A stretch of DNA of 61,682 bases, filler included, from Actinomycetota bacterium (lineage in GTDB: Bacteria; Actinomycetota; Acidimicrobiia; IMCC26256; VFJJ01): the NCBI GenBank assembly GCA_009886115.1. It is 5 parts of 5 records of this genome, joined end to end, with 100 filler letters (N's around TTAATTAATTAA, not from the genome) between each part and the next. Parts side by side here need not be neighbours in the genome. Positions count along the whole stretch, not along the records: positions 27,589 to 39,971 come from VFJJ01000205.1; 4 more parts are not named here. The stretch is one strand, 5' to 3'. Numbering within the stretch: position 1 is the stretch's first letter; each line of letters starts with the position of its first letter. A program made the translations under genes and the position numbers. Of the stretch, positions 30,115 to 39,710 are shown in pieces. The notes below the pieces were generated by a model. The model saw only the letters and a list, made by a program, of their open reading frames with translations, ran no database searches and was not told the DNA's origin.

Positions 30115-31401
30115 TCACTTGGCGAGCCCCAGGCTCACGGGCTGGGTGGGCACCACGAAGGCCTCGACGGGAATGTCGACGAGACCCCGCTTGTGCCCGG
30201 GGTTCATCACCTCGAAGCTGTCGCGCTGGTAGCGCTGTGCGTAGATGAGCCCGCCGTCGCGGTTGTGCGCGCCGATGCTCAACGGATACGTGCCGTCGAG
30301 CAGGGGGACGCAGGGGATCCGGAACACGACCACGCCGTCGCCGTGCAACGAGCCGAGGTGCGACTCGATGATCTCGGTGTTGACCCCGACGAGGTGCACG
30401 CCGTTGAGGTCGGACACGTCGAGAGCGAAGACGACGTCGTCGATGGGATCGGGCGCGTGGTACGCGACGTGGATCTCGAGCGACTCACCGGGAAGCACAT
30501 ACGGGCGGCGATGCTGGTTGTCGTGGACGATCGTCACGCCTCGCACCTGGAGCAGGGTCGACGGGTCGCGCTCGTCGGGATCGCCCGGTGGCCGGTCGTC
30601 AACCGCAGCAGCGTCGACGACGTCGTCGCTCGCCGTCGCGCCCGGGGTCCACAGGGGCCGCCCGAGCAGCAGGTAGTCGCGGAACTCCCTGATGGCCTCG
30701 CCCGGAGGGGCCACCGCGACCAGGCGCCCGTGATCGAGCACGGCAGCGCGATCGCCGATCTGGCGGATCAGGTCGGGTGAATGCGTGACCACCACGATCG
30801 TGCGGCCCTCGCGCTGGAACTGCCGCACCCGGTCGAGGCACTTGCGTTGGAACGACTCGTCGCCCACCGACAGGACCTCGTCGACGAGCAGGATCTCGGG
30901 CTCGACGGTGACCGCGACCGCGAAGCCCAAGCGCACGTACATGCCCGATGAGTAGTGCTTCACCTGGTTGTCGATGAAGTGCTCGAGCTCGGCGAAGGCC
31001 ACGATCTCATCGAAGCGCTTCTCGATCTCACGCTTGGTGAGCCCGAGGATGGTGCCGTTCATGTGCACGTTCTCGCGCCCGGTGAGCTCGGGGTGGAACC
31101 CGGCGCCGAGCTCGAGCAGCGCAGCCAAGCGGCCCCGCGTGCGGATCTCGCCACTGGTCGGCGCGTGGATCCCGGCGATGCACTTGAGCAGCGTCGACTT
31201 CCCCGAGCCGTTGTGGCCCAGCAGGCCCACCGTCTCGCCCTGCTCGATGGTGAGATCGACGTCGCGCAGCGCCCAGAACTCCTCGACCGACGCGGCCTTG
31301 GAACGCTTCCAGTGCACGACCCGCTCCTTGAGCGAGCTGTGCCGGGCGTGGTTGAGCCGAAATCGCTTCGACACCCCACGGATCTCGATCGCCGATGCCA
31401 C
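30115..31401 (-). CDS. wzt: polysaccharide export ABC ATPase with Wzt_C carbohydrate-binding domain
   Basis: FWALRDV, GHNGSGKSTL, LLELGAGFHPELTGREN, YSSGMYVRLGFA, VDEVLSVGD; C-terminal beta domain. Confidence 0.93.
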   Translation of the reverse strand: MASAIEIRGVSKRFRLNHARHSSLKERVVHWKRSKAASVEEFWALRDVDLTIEQGETVGLLGHNGSGKSTLLKCIAGIHAPTSGEIRTRGRLAALLELGAGFHPELTGRENVHMNGTILGLTKREIEKRFDEIVAFAELEHFIDNQVKHYSSGMYVRLGFAVAVTVEPEILLVDEVLSVGDESFQRKCLDRVRQFQREGRTIVVVTHSPDLIRQIGDRAAVLDHGRLVAVAPPGEAIREFRDYLLLGRPLWTPGATASDDVVDAAAVDDRPPGDPDERDPSTLLQVRGVTIVHDNQHRRPYVLPGESLEIHVAYHAPDPIDDVVFALDVSDLNGVHLVGVNTEIIESHLGSLHGDGVVVFRIPCVPLLDGTYPLSIGAHNRDGGLIYAQRYQRDSFEVMNPGHKRGLVDIPVEAFVVPTQPVSLGLAK

Positions 31402-31404
31402 GGC

Positions 31405-32355
31405 CTAGAGCTCCTCGGAGAAGCGGCCTTCGAGGCGCCCGAACAGCGCCAGCGCCCCCCACAGCAAGCCCAGGGCCGCCAGGGCGACGACGCCGAGCTG
31501 CCAGAGGTACCAGGTGATCGGCTCGCTGGCCAAGATCGCCGTCTTTCCGTCGTTCTGACAGCATTCCTTGGCGTACAAGGCCTTCTGGAACGACAGCACG
31601 ACGGGCCGCACGGGATTGATGTACAAGATGCTGAGCCAGGCCCGAGAGTCGATCTTGGGCCCGACGAGTTCGGGCGCGTACACGATCGGCGTCATCCAGA
31701 ACCAGGCCAGCAGCACGAGCTCGAGCATGTGCTGCGCGTCGCGGACGAACACGTTGATCGCCGACAACCCGATGGACAACGCGGCCAGCAGGACGACGAG
31801 GGTGACGAGCGCGATCGGGACGAGCACCAGAAACGACCACGCGACCTCGTGTCGGAACCCGATGAGCGCCAACACCAGGACGATCGCCTGGAGGAAGAAG
31901 TGCACGAGGGTCGCGCCCACGACCGCCAGCGGCAGGATCTCGCGCGGGAAGCGGACCCGATTCACCAGCGCCGTGTTGGCGACAACCGAGGCCGTCGCCC
32001 CGCCGAGGGCCACCGAGAACAGGTTCCAGACCAACAGCCCCGAGAGCAGGAAGATGCCGAACTCCGGGATACCGGCCTTGAGGAACACCTGGAACACCAA
32101 GGTGAACACGACCAGATACAGGGCCGGGTTGAGCAGCGACCACAAGAACCCGAGGGCGCTGTTCTTGTACTTGACCTTGAGCTCCTTGCGCACGAGGCTC
32201 GCCAGCAGCTCGCGATGGCTCCAGATCTCACGAAGTTGCGTGACGACGCTCCGTCGAGCCGAGACCACACGGAATCCGTTGGCCGTGGGGTCGTCTGGGC
32301 GGTGGTCCGCCGGGTCGTCGGTGCGGGGGACGGCCCTCCCGGTGATCTGCGCCAT
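31405..32355 (-). CDS. wzm: polysaccharide export ABC permease
   Basis: ELKVKYKNSALGFLWSLLNP, FPREILP, RD..H, TPIVY, NP; start 32355 or 32367. Confidence 0.93.
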   Translation of the reverse strand: MAQITGRAVPRTDDPADHRPDDPTANGFRVVSARRSVVTQLREIWSHRELLASLVRKELKVKYKNSALGFLWSLLNPALYLVVFTLVFQVFLKAGIPEFGIFLLSGLLVWNLFSVALGGATASVVANTALVNRVRFPREILPLAVVGATLVHFFLQAIVLVLALIGFRHEVAWSFLVLVPIALVTLVVLLAALSIGLSAINVFVRDAQHMLELVLLAWFWMTPIVYAPELVGPKIDSRAWLSILYINPVRPVVLSFQKALYAKECCQNDGKTAILASEPITWYLWQLGVVALAALGLLWGALALFGRLEGRFSEEL

Positions 32356-32427
32356 GGTGTGGGCCACTGTAGTGAAACGCCCGAGGATGTCCCGATCATC
32401 GACGCAGGGTCGTTACCCTCTCGTCGT

Positions 32428-33579
32428 GTGAGGGTGGCACTCGATTCGACTCCGCTGATCGGACCACGCACCGGCATCGGCCAGGCCGTCGCCGGGCTGT
32501 GCGCCGGATTCGACGCGCTCGCGGCGCTCGACGACCCTGCGGCGTGCGTGATCGAGCCGTACGTCCTCAGCGGCGACGCCTGGCGTACCCGCAAGGGCAA
32601 GGGCAAGGGTACGGACACGGGCAGGGGTACGGACACGGGCAGGGACACGACCGCGGCGGGGGCCGGGCATGCTCGACCGCTGCCGATCCCGGCCGGCTTC
32701 GCGCTGCACGTCTGGTCGCGAGGCGACCGTCCGCACCTCGACCGGTGGTTGCACCGCCCCGATGTGGTCCACGGGACGAACTTCGTCGTGCCCCCCCTCA
32801 AATATGCGGTGCCCATCGTCACCGTGCACGACCTGGCCTGGCTGACCCACCCCGACCTCGAGACCGCCAGGGCCCGCCGGATCACGACGCTCATCACCCG
32901 GGCCGTCGACCGGGGAGCCTGGATCCACACCCCCTCGGCCACGGTGGCGGCACAGGTGCGCGACCAGTTCACGACACGGCGGGTGCGGGCCGTGCACTGG
33001 GGTGTACCACCGTTGCCCGAAGGCGGAACGGTGCCCCGGGGCTGGGGGCTCGACGGGCGGCCCTACGTGTTGTTCCTGGGTCGACGCGAGCCCCGCAAGG
33101 ACGTCCCCGCGCTCGTCGCGGCCTTTGCCGAGGTGCACGCCGCCCACCCCGACGTGGTGTTGGTCCTGGCCGGCCCGCCGGGGCCCCCGGGAACGCCCGA
33201 GCCCGAGCCGGCACCGTGGCTGCGGGTGGTCGGTCAGGTCGACGACCGCACCCGGGCCGCGCTGCTGCGCGACGCGGCACTGCTCGCCTATCCGTCGCGT
33301 GACGAGGGTTTCGGTTTCCCGATGCTCGAGGCCATGGCTTCGGGAACCCCGGTCGTGGCCACCTCCACCGGCGCCATCCCCGAGATCGCAGCCGACGCCG
33401 CGCTCCTGGTACGCCCGGGCGAGGCGGGCGCGCTGGCCGAGGGCATCGGCCGGTGCCTCCATGACCTGGCGCTGCGAGCCGCCTTGGTCGCCCGCGGCCG
33501 TCAGCGGGTCGCCCACTTCTCCTGGACCGCCACCGCACGGGGGCTGGCCGCGCTGTATCGAGAAGCGCTGGCGCGGTGA
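32428..33579 (+). CDS. glycosyltransferase family 4
   Basis: GTG start MRVALDSTPLIGPRTGIG, VTVHDL, EPRKD, EGFGFPMLEAMASG. Confidence 0.9.
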   Translation: MRVALDSTPLIGPRTGIGQAVAGLCAGFDALAALDDPAACVIEPYVLSGDAWRTRKGKGKGTDTGRGTDTGRDTTAAGAGHARPLPIPAGFALHVWSRGDRPHLDRWLHRPDVVHGTNFVVPPLKYAVPIVTVHDLAWLTHPDLETARARRITTLITRAVDRGAWIHTPSATVAAQVRDQFTTRRVRAVHWGVPPLPEGGTVPRGWGLDGRPYVLFLGRREPRKDVPALVAAFAEVHAAHPDVVLVLAGPPGPPGTPEPEPAPWLRVVGQVDDRTRAALLRDAALLAYPSRDEGFGFPMLEAMASGTPVVATSTGAIPEIAADAALLVRPGEAGALAEGIGRCLHDLALRAALVARGRQRVAHFSWTATARGLAALYREALAR

Positions 33580-34835
33580 GCGCGCCCGACGCGCCCGGCG
33601 GGGCGGTCGAGCCCCTCCCCGTTGCGATGCACGTCGGCCAGCTCCGTCAAGCAGTGCCCGGTGGGATCGGCCGCTACCTGCGTCAGCTCCTCGGCGCGCT
33701 GCCTGCCGCCGGTGTCGCCGTCCATCCCTTCGCCGCTGGACCGGTCCCGGTGCCGGCCGGGCTCGACACCCGCACTCCCGGCCGAGCCCACGATCTCGGT
33801 CGGCCCGACGATCGTTGGGCCCACGATCTCGGTTGGCCGCACGACGGGCTGCGCTACGAGCTCTGGCATCGGACGGGCAGACCCCGGTTGCCCCGAACGC
33901 TGCGTGCTGCGGTCCGGGTCGTCCACGCTCCGAGCCTGGCCGTCCCACCGACCACCCAGGGCCGGCCGCTGGTCGTCACCGTGCACGATCTGGCGTTCCT
34001 CCACGCGCCGGAGTCGTTCACCCGACGTGGCGTCGCCTTCCACGCCCGCGCTCTGGCCGTGGCGCGGCGTCGGGCAGCGATGATCGTGGCCCCGAGCCAC
34101 GCCACCCGGGACGACCTCATCTCCCACGGGTTTCCGGGCGATCGTGTCGTGGTGGCCTGGCACGGCGCGCCCGAGCCCACGCCCGAGGCCCCGCCCGACG
34201 AAGCCTCCGACCCCAGGGAGCCGAGACCGGCCAACGCGGCCAACGCGGCCAACGCGGCCAACGCGGCCGGCGAGGCCGGCGAGATCAGGAAGCGCCTGGG
34301 CCTCCCGGAGCGGTACGTGCTCGCCGTGGGCACGGTCGAGCCGAGGAAGGCCCTCGACGTCACCGCCGCAGCGGTGGGGGCGTTGCGGGGAAGTGGGGTC
34401 GACCCCGGCCTCGAGCTGGTCATCGCCGGGCCCGACGGCTGGGGCGACGTGGGTGGGCTCCACCATCCCTGGGTGCACCGGCTGGGCGCGGTCGACGACA
34501 CGATCCTCGGTGCGCTCTACCGCGGTGCCGCCGTGCTCGCGCAGAGCTCGCGCTGGGAGGGCTTCGGCTTTCCGGTGATCGAGGCCATGGCGTACGACTG
34601 CCCGGTCGTGGTCGCCGACACGTCGAGCCTCCCCGAGCTGGTTGCGGGCGGGTCGGGGATCGTGGTGCCCGTCGGCGACGTCGACGCGCTCGCCGAGGCC
34701 ATCGCCTCGATCGTGACCGACGAGCACGGGCGGGGCCGCCTCGTCGAGGCCGGACGGCTCAGACGCCAGGCGTTCACCTGGGCGGCATCAGCTGCCGTGC
34801 ACCGGTCGGCCTACGAAGCAGCCTGCGAGCCCTGA
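33576..34835 (+). CDS. glycosyltransferase family 4
   Basis: VPGGIGRY, VTVHDLAF, GTVEPRK, EGFGFPVIEAMA. Confidence 0.9.
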   Translation: MSAPDAPGGAVEPLPVAMHVGQLRQAVPGGIGRYLRQLLGALPAAGVAVHPFAAGPVPVPAGLDTRTPGRAHDLGRPDDRWAHDLGWPHDGLRYELWHRTGRPRLPRTLRAAVRVVHAPSLAVPPTTQGRPLVVTVHDLAFLHAPESFTRRGVAFHARALAVARRRAAMIVAPSHATRDDLISHGFPGDRVVVAWHGAPEPTPEAPPDEASDPREPRPANAANAANAANAAGEAGEIRKRLGLPERYVLAVGTVEPRKALDVTAAAVGALRGSGVDPGLELVIAGPDGWGDVGGLHHPWVHRLGAVDDTILGALYRGAAVLAQSSRWEGFGFPVIEAMAYDCPVVVADTSSLPELVAGGSGIVVPVGDVDALAEAIASIVTDEHGRGRLVEAGRLRRQAFTWAASAAVHRSAYEAACEP

Positions 34836-34846
34836 GCAGCCCTCCA

Positions 34847-34912
34847 CACCCCCGTTCTTTGTGTCCAGGGCCGCGCCTGGGGAAGGCCTGGACACAAAGA
34901 AGAGCGGGGGTG
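34847..34912. repeat. REP-like palindrome
   Basis: TTCTTTGTGTCCAGG/CCTGGACACAAAGAA 15-bp perfect arms plus outer CACCCCCG/CGGGGGTG. Confidence 0.7.
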
Positions 34913-34942
34913 GGGCGACGATCGCTCGTAGGCTCGCTCGCC

Positions 34943-36157
34943 GTGCGGCTCCTGCTCGACGTCTCGGCCGTGCCCGCCCGACCGGTCGGCGCGGGACGCT
35001 ACGTGCTCGAGCTCGCTCGGCACCTCGATCTCGCGACCTCCGGCGCCGGGTCGACGCCCCTCGACATCACGCTCGTGACCCGGCGCTCAGACGCCGACCG
35101 CTGGCGGGACGTGGCGCCCCGAGCGCACCTCGAATCCGTGATGCCCGACTCCCGACCCCGGCGGATCCTGACCGAGCAGTTCCAGGCCCACCATCTCGGA
35201 CCAGCTCTGGGGATCGACGTGTGGCACGGTCCGCACTACACGCTCCCCCGCCGTCTCGCCGTCCCCGCCGTGGTCACCGTGCACGATCTCACGTTCTTCG
35301 ACCATCCCGAATGGCACCAGCCCGTGAAGGTGCGGTTCTTCCGCCATGCCATCCGATCGGCGTGCGCACGGGCGGCGGCCATCGTCACCGTGAGCCAGCA
35401 GACCGCCGATCGCCTGAGGGAGCTCGTCGACCCTCCGGCGCCGATCGTCGTCGCGCCACACGGCATCGACCGGTCGCGGTTCCATCCCGTCGACCCGGTC
35501 GACGCCGACCCGGCCAACCCGGCCGGCCCGAACGCGCCCGCCGAGCGCGAGAGCGCGAGCGAGCGGGAGCTGGCTGCCTTGCGCCGGGTCGGCGTCGACC
35601 GGCCGTACATCGCCCACGTGGGAACGCTCGAGCCCCGCAAGGACGTACCCCGGCTCGTCGCCGCATTTGGTGAGGTCCTCCGGCGCCGGCCTGGCTCGGA
35701 GCTCCGCCTGGTGCTGGCTGGTCCCGACGGCTGGGGCACCGAAGAGGTTCGACGGGCGATCGTCGAACACGGCGTGGCATCCCGGGTCGTGCGGGTGGGC
35801 TACCTCGACACCGACCTCGTGGCCTCCCTCTACCGCCATGCCGACGTGGTGGCCTACCCGTCCCGGGCCGAAGGCTTCGGGCTGCCGGCCCTGGAAGCCC
35901 TGGCGTGTGGAGCCGTGCTCGTCACCACTGCCGACACTCCCATGGCCGCCTTCGCCGGCGGCGCCGCCGTGCTGGCGCCCGCGCGCGGCGTGGGCGCCCT
36001 CGCCGACGCCATCGAGCATGCACTCGACCCGTCGACCGCGGGCCGGCTGCGATCGGCCGGGCCCGTCGCCGCGGCCGCCTTCACCTGGGAGACTTCGGTC
36101 GCCCGTCATCTCGAGGCCTATCGTCTCGCGACGGCACGGGGTTCCCGGGGAGCATGA
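34943..36157 (+). CDS. glycosyltransferase family 4
   Basis: MRLLLDVSAVPARPVGAGRY, VTVHDLTF, GTLEPRKD, EGFGLPALEALACG. Confidence 0.9.
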   Translation: MRLLLDVSAVPARPVGAGRYVLELARHLDLATSGAGSTPLDITLVTRRSDADRWRDVAPRAHLESVMPDSRPRRILTEQFQAHHLGPALGIDVWHGPHYTLPRRLAVPAVVTVHDLTFFDHPEWHQPVKVRFFRHAIRSACARAAAIVTVSQQTADRLRELVDPPAPIVVAPHGIDRSRFHPVDPVDADPANPAGPNAPAERESASERELAALRRVGVDRPYIAHVGTLEPRKDVPRLVAAFGEVLRRRPGSELRLVLAGPDGWGTEEVRRAIVEHGVASRVVRVGYLDTDLVASLYRHADVVAYPSRAEGFGLPALEALACGAVLVTTADTPMAAFAGGAAVLAPARGVGALADAIEHALDPSTAGRLRSAGPVAAAAFTWETSVARHLEAYRLATARGSRGA

Positions 36158-37089
36158 TGCGAGCGTTCGTCACCGGGGCCACCGGATTCGTGGGACCCCA
36201 CCTGGTCAGCCATCTCCGAGCAGCCGGCGACGAGGTCGTCGCGCTGGGCGTCGACATCCCGCTCGTCGATGTCACCGACAGCGCCGCGGTCCGGGCTGTG
36301 GTCGAGGCCGCCCGCCCCGACGTGGTGTACCACCTGGCCGGGCTGAGCAGCCCGGGTGCGTCGTGGAGCGACCCGGGCGAGTACCTCAGGGTGAACGTCG
36401 GCGGCACGCTGAGCGTCGTCGAAGCTGCGAGCGCCACATGTGTCGGCCGCGTGCTGGTCGTGAGCAGCGCCGAGGTGTACGGAACGCTCGACGCGGACGT
36501 CGAACGTGTCGCCGAGCACGCGCCGCTGCGCCCGGTGACGCCCTACGCAGCGAGCAAGATCGCAGCCGAGTTCTACGGGCTCCAGGCGCACATCGGCCGC
36601 GGCGTGGGGGTCGTGGTCGTGAGGCCCTTCAATCACACCGGTCCCGGCCAGTCGGATCGCTTCGTCGTCTCGGCGCTGGCCCGGCGCATCGTGGCTGCCG
36701 AACGTACGGGCGCGCCGACGGTGACGGTCGGCAACCTCGATCCGATCCGCGACTACAACGACGTGCGCGACATCGTGGCCGCCTACCGCCTGGCGGTCGA
36801 GAAGGCTCCCGTGGGTGAGGTCTACAACGTGTGCTCGGGTCGCGGCACGAGCGTTCGCGATGTGGCCCAGATCCTGCTGGCGCTGGCCCGTCGCCCGATC
36901 ACGCTGGAGGTCGACCCGGCGCTCGTCCGTCCGGTCGAGGTGCCCCGACTCGTCGGCGACAGCACCCGCTTTCGCGCCCGGACCGGCTGGTCGCCTCGCT
37001 ACAGCCTCGAGCAGACCCTGGCCGACGTGATGGCCTGGTGGCGCACTCACGACGGAGACGGAGACGGAGACGGAGACCACGCCTGTTGA
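36154..37089 (+). CDS. rmd: GDP-4-keto-6-deoxymannose reductase/GDP-mannose dehydratase-like extended SDR
   Basis: TGATGFVG, YHLAG, SSAEVYG, PYAASK, RPFNHTGPGQ, GNLDPIRD, YNVCSG. Confidence 0.75.
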   Translation: MMRAFVTGATGFVGPHLVSHLRAAGDEVVALGVDIPLVDVTDSAAVRAVVEAARPDVVYHLAGLSSPGASWSDPGEYLRVNVGGTLSVVEAASATCVGRVLVVSSAEVYGTLDADVERVAEHAPLRPVTPYAASKIAAEFYGLQAHIGRGVGVVVVRPFNHTGPGQSDRFVVSALARRIVAAERTGAPTVTVGNLDPIRDYNDVRDIVAAYRLAVEKAPVGEVYNVCSGRGTSVRDVAQILLALARRPITLEVDPALVRPVEVPRLVGDSTRFRARTGWSPRYSLEQTLADVMAWWRTHDGDGDGDGDHAC

Positions 37090-37101
37090 CGCGAACAGCC
37101 C

Positions 37102-37479
37102 TCACACGCGATGCGTCCGGAGAGTCGGGCCAAGTCGCATGATGTCGGCCGGATCGCTCGTGAGCACAACCTGATCGAGGCGGTGGGCACACAACGCCAC
37201 ATGGGCGTCGATCACGTCGGTCGTGCGGGCGGCTGCGAGGAGAACCCCGATCAGGCGAGCTTCCGCCTCGTCGAGCGCAACGATTTCGACGTTGGGGAGG
37301 CGTAGGAACGACGCCAACCTGGCCTGCCGTCTGGGGTCGCGCCAGACCTGGGCTACGCAGCCCGACGGGACCGTGATCGTGTCGTTGCGTCTGCGGGCCT
37401 CGGCGATCAGCACCGCGACCGACCGGTCTCCCCGCTCGATGGCGATGAGCGCACCGGAGTCGAAGACGGCGCCGCTCAC
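37102..37479 (-). CDS. PIN-domain toxin (VapC-like)
   Basis: VFDSGALIA, AQVWR, DVIDAHV, LTSDPAD. Confidence 0.85.
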   Translation of the reverse strand: MSGAVFDSGALIAIERGDRSVAVLIAEARRRNDTITVPSGCVAQVWRDPRRQARLASFLRLPNVEIVALDEAEARLIGVLLAAARTTDVIDAHVALCAHRLDQVVLTSDPADIMRLGPTLRTHRV

Positions 37480-37486
37480 ACCGGGA

Positions 37487-37735
37487 TCACGCCGAAGAAC
37501 CCGAGAGCAGGCTTCGCGCTGCGGCGCGTTCCTCCTTGGTCGGCGGTCCACCGGTGGCCTCGAGCATCTGCGCGACCGTCGTGTCGAACTCGGCTTCGGC
37601 CGTGAGTTGGGCGACCATCGCATGCTCGAGATACGCCGAGAGACTTCGCGCTCGCCCCTCGGCAACCACGACCCGGGCTCGATCGAGCGCATCGGCGTCA
37701 AGGGTGACGGTGATCTTGGCCTTGGGACGAGTCAT
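37487..37735 (-). CDS. RHH/CopG-type antitoxin
   Basis: KAKITVTLD, GRARSLSAY, TGGPPT; directly upstream of the PIN gene. Confidence 0.8.
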   Translation of the reverse strand: MTRPKAKITVTLDADALDRARVVVAEGRARSLSAYLEHAMVAQLTAEAEFDTTVAQMLEATGGPPTKEERAAARSLLSGSSA

Positions 37736-37799
37736 ACCACTCATCGTACCTGACGGACGAGACGCATCTCCAGCAGCGGGGAGGGCGCGACCACTCGCG

Positions 37800-37823
37800 G
37801 CTCAGCCGGGGAGTTGCACGTCG
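37800..37823 (-). repeat. 24-bp copy of the rfbA 3' end (direct repeat of 38571-38594)
   Basis: GCTCAGCCGGGGAGTTGCACGTCG identical at both positions. Confidence 0.92.
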
Positions 37824-37831
37824 AGGAGGGT

Positions 37832-38242
37832 CTACGGCTGGACCTCGAGGAAGCCGGCAGCGGCGAAGTCCTGGTCGAAGGCCAGCGCTTCGCGAAGCCG
37901 GCGATCGTGCATCACACGAAAACTTGTCGCGTCGACGAACGAGTACACGCGCTCGTCGTGCTTGCGCAGCCACTCCCAAGCCGCGGCTTCTTGCTCGTCG
38001 TCGACGCGATGGACGTGAAGACGATCCTCGGCGCTGAGGAGATCGATACGGTCGAGAAACGCCAGTGCGCTCCGGTGGCTGTCCTTACGGCGCAGGAACG
38101 TCCACGTTTCCCCTACGACCAGGTTGGTTGTCAGTACCCGCTCGGTGGGCCCGAGACGCCCGAGCATCCCGAGTGCCCTGTCGTGTCGGCTGTCGCCGGG
38201 CAGAGCCCACGCGATCCACCAACCGGTGTCAGCGAACTTCAT
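37832..38242 (-). CDS. vapC: VapC PIN-domain toxin (VapC20-like)
   Basis: FADTG, TTNLVVGETWT, YSFVDATSF, ALAFDQDFAAAGF. Confidence 0.9.
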   Translation of the reverse strand: MKFADTGWWIAWALPGDSRHDRALGMLGRLGPTERVLTTNLVVGETWTFLRRKDSHRSALAFLDRIDLLSAEDRLHVHRVDDEQEAAAWEWLRKHDERVYSFVDATSFRVMHDRRLREALAFDQDFAAAGFLEVQP

Positions 38243-38481
38243 GTGCCATAGATGACATCGTCGATCTCATCGCGCTCGACATCGAGAGAGGGCGAGGCGA
38301 AGCCAGCCAGCGATCGCCACTGATCCGAGGTCGGCGACGGCGCCGCTTCCTCGTCCTCGGCGGGAAGGATGGCGTCGAGACCCCGCCGAATCAGCTCGGA
38401 CTTCGAGATCCCGCGACGACGGGCTTCCGAGGCAGCCCTCGCGTCAAGGCTCTCTGGCATCGTGATGGTGATGGTCTTCAT
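38239..38481 (-). CDS. vapB: VapB RHH antitoxin
   Basis: MKTITITMPESLD..EARRRGISKSELIR, acidic tail IDDVIYG; ATGA overlap with vapC. Confidence 0.88.
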   Translation of the reverse strand: MKTITITMPESLDARAASEARRRGISKSELIRRGLDAILPAEDEEAAPSPTSDQWRSLAGFASPSLDVERDEIDDVIYGT

Positions 38482-38572
38482 CCATCAATAATACATTGTT
38501 GTTGTTACGGCATCTACATAGTCGCTCGATCGTCGCGCGGAGGACCTGACCACGCTCCCCGGCGTCGGATGC

Positions 38573-39640
38573 TCAGCCGGGGAGTTGCACGTCGGACTGG
38601 TCGCCCAGGTTCAAGCGCAGTGCCCGCGGCGTGACATCGGAACGGGTGACGCGAGCTCGGCGGCCGATGAGGCTCTCGTCGATGCGACGCACGCCGGTGA
38701 TCTGGGCGCCGGCGAGGAGCACCGAGTTCTCGATCTCGGAGTCGACGATCTCGCAGTCGGCGTCGATCGACGAGAACGGGCCCACGTACGAGTCGACGAT
38801 GCGCGCTCCCGGCCCGATGACGACCGGTCCCCGGATGGTGGAGCGGATGATCTCGGCGCCGGGGCCCACCGACACCCGTCCGACGAGGCGCGACTCGGCG
38901 TCGACGGTGCCCTCGACGTTCGGCGCGAGTGCCTCGAGCACGATGCGGTTGGCCTCGAGGAGGTCTTGCCACTTGCCCGTGTCGATCCAGGGCCGGGTCA
39001 GCACGTGGGGCGCGACGGTGTGGCCGTGCTCGAGCAGCCACTGGATGGCGTCGGTGATCTCGAGCTCGTCACGCCACGACGGCTCGATGGCGCGCACGGC
39101 CTCGTGGATCGATGCGTCGAACAGGTACACCCCGACCAGCGCCAGGTTGCTCGGCGGGTCCTTGGGCTTTTCGACGAGGCGTACCAGGTTGCCATCGGCA
39201 TCGAGCTCGGCCACCCCGAAGTGCTGGGGCTCGTCGACCGGGGTGAGCAGCACGAGCGCGCTCGCCGTGAGGTCTTCGAACCGGGTGACGAACTCGGTGA
39301 TCCCTCCCATCACCAGGTTGTCTCCCAGGTACATGACGAACGGGTCGTCGCCGAGGAAGTCGCGGGCGATGAGCACGGCGTGGGCGAGCCCCCGGGGCGC
39401 GTCCTGCTGGAGATACGTGACCTTCAGACCCAGCGCCGCGCCGTCGCCCACAGCGGCCCTGATGGCTTCGTGGGTCTCGCCGACGACGATCGCCACCTCG
39501 GTGATGCCCGCATCGGCGATGGCCTCGAGCCCGTAGAACAGGATCGGCTTGTTCGCCAGGGGAACGAGCTGCTTGGCGCTGGTGAACGTGATCGGCCGCA
39601 GCCGTGTACCCGAACCACCGGACAACACGAGCGCTTTCAT
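38573..39640 (-). CDS. rfbA: glucose-1-phosphate thymidylyltransferase, long form
   Basis: LSGGSGTRLRPIT..AKQLVP, YLGDN, VEKP, ELEITDA, WIDTGK; hexapeptide-like C-terminus. Confidence 0.93.
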   Translation of the reverse strand: MKALVLSGGSGTRLRPITFTSAKQLVPLANKPILFYGLEAIADAGITEVAIVVGETHEAIRAAVGDGAALGLKVTYLQQDAPRGLAHAVLIARDFLGDDPFVMYLGDNLVMGGITEFVTRFEDLTASALVLLTPVDEPQHFGVAELDADGNLVRLVEKPKDPPSNLALVGVYLFDASIHEAVRAIEPSWRDELEITDAIQWLLEHGHTVAPHVLTRPWIDTGKWQDLLEANRIVLEALAPNVEGTVDAESRLVGRVSVGPGAEIIRSTIRGPVVIGPGARIVDSYVGPFSSIDADCEIVDSEIENSVLLAGAQITGVRRIDESLIGRRARVTRSDVTPRALRLNLGDQSDVQLPG

Positions 39641-39710
39641 CCGGCCACGCTACCCGGGTGGGGCGACGCGAGAGGGTCCCGACACCCCTTCTCGAGAATG
39701 TACATGTTGC

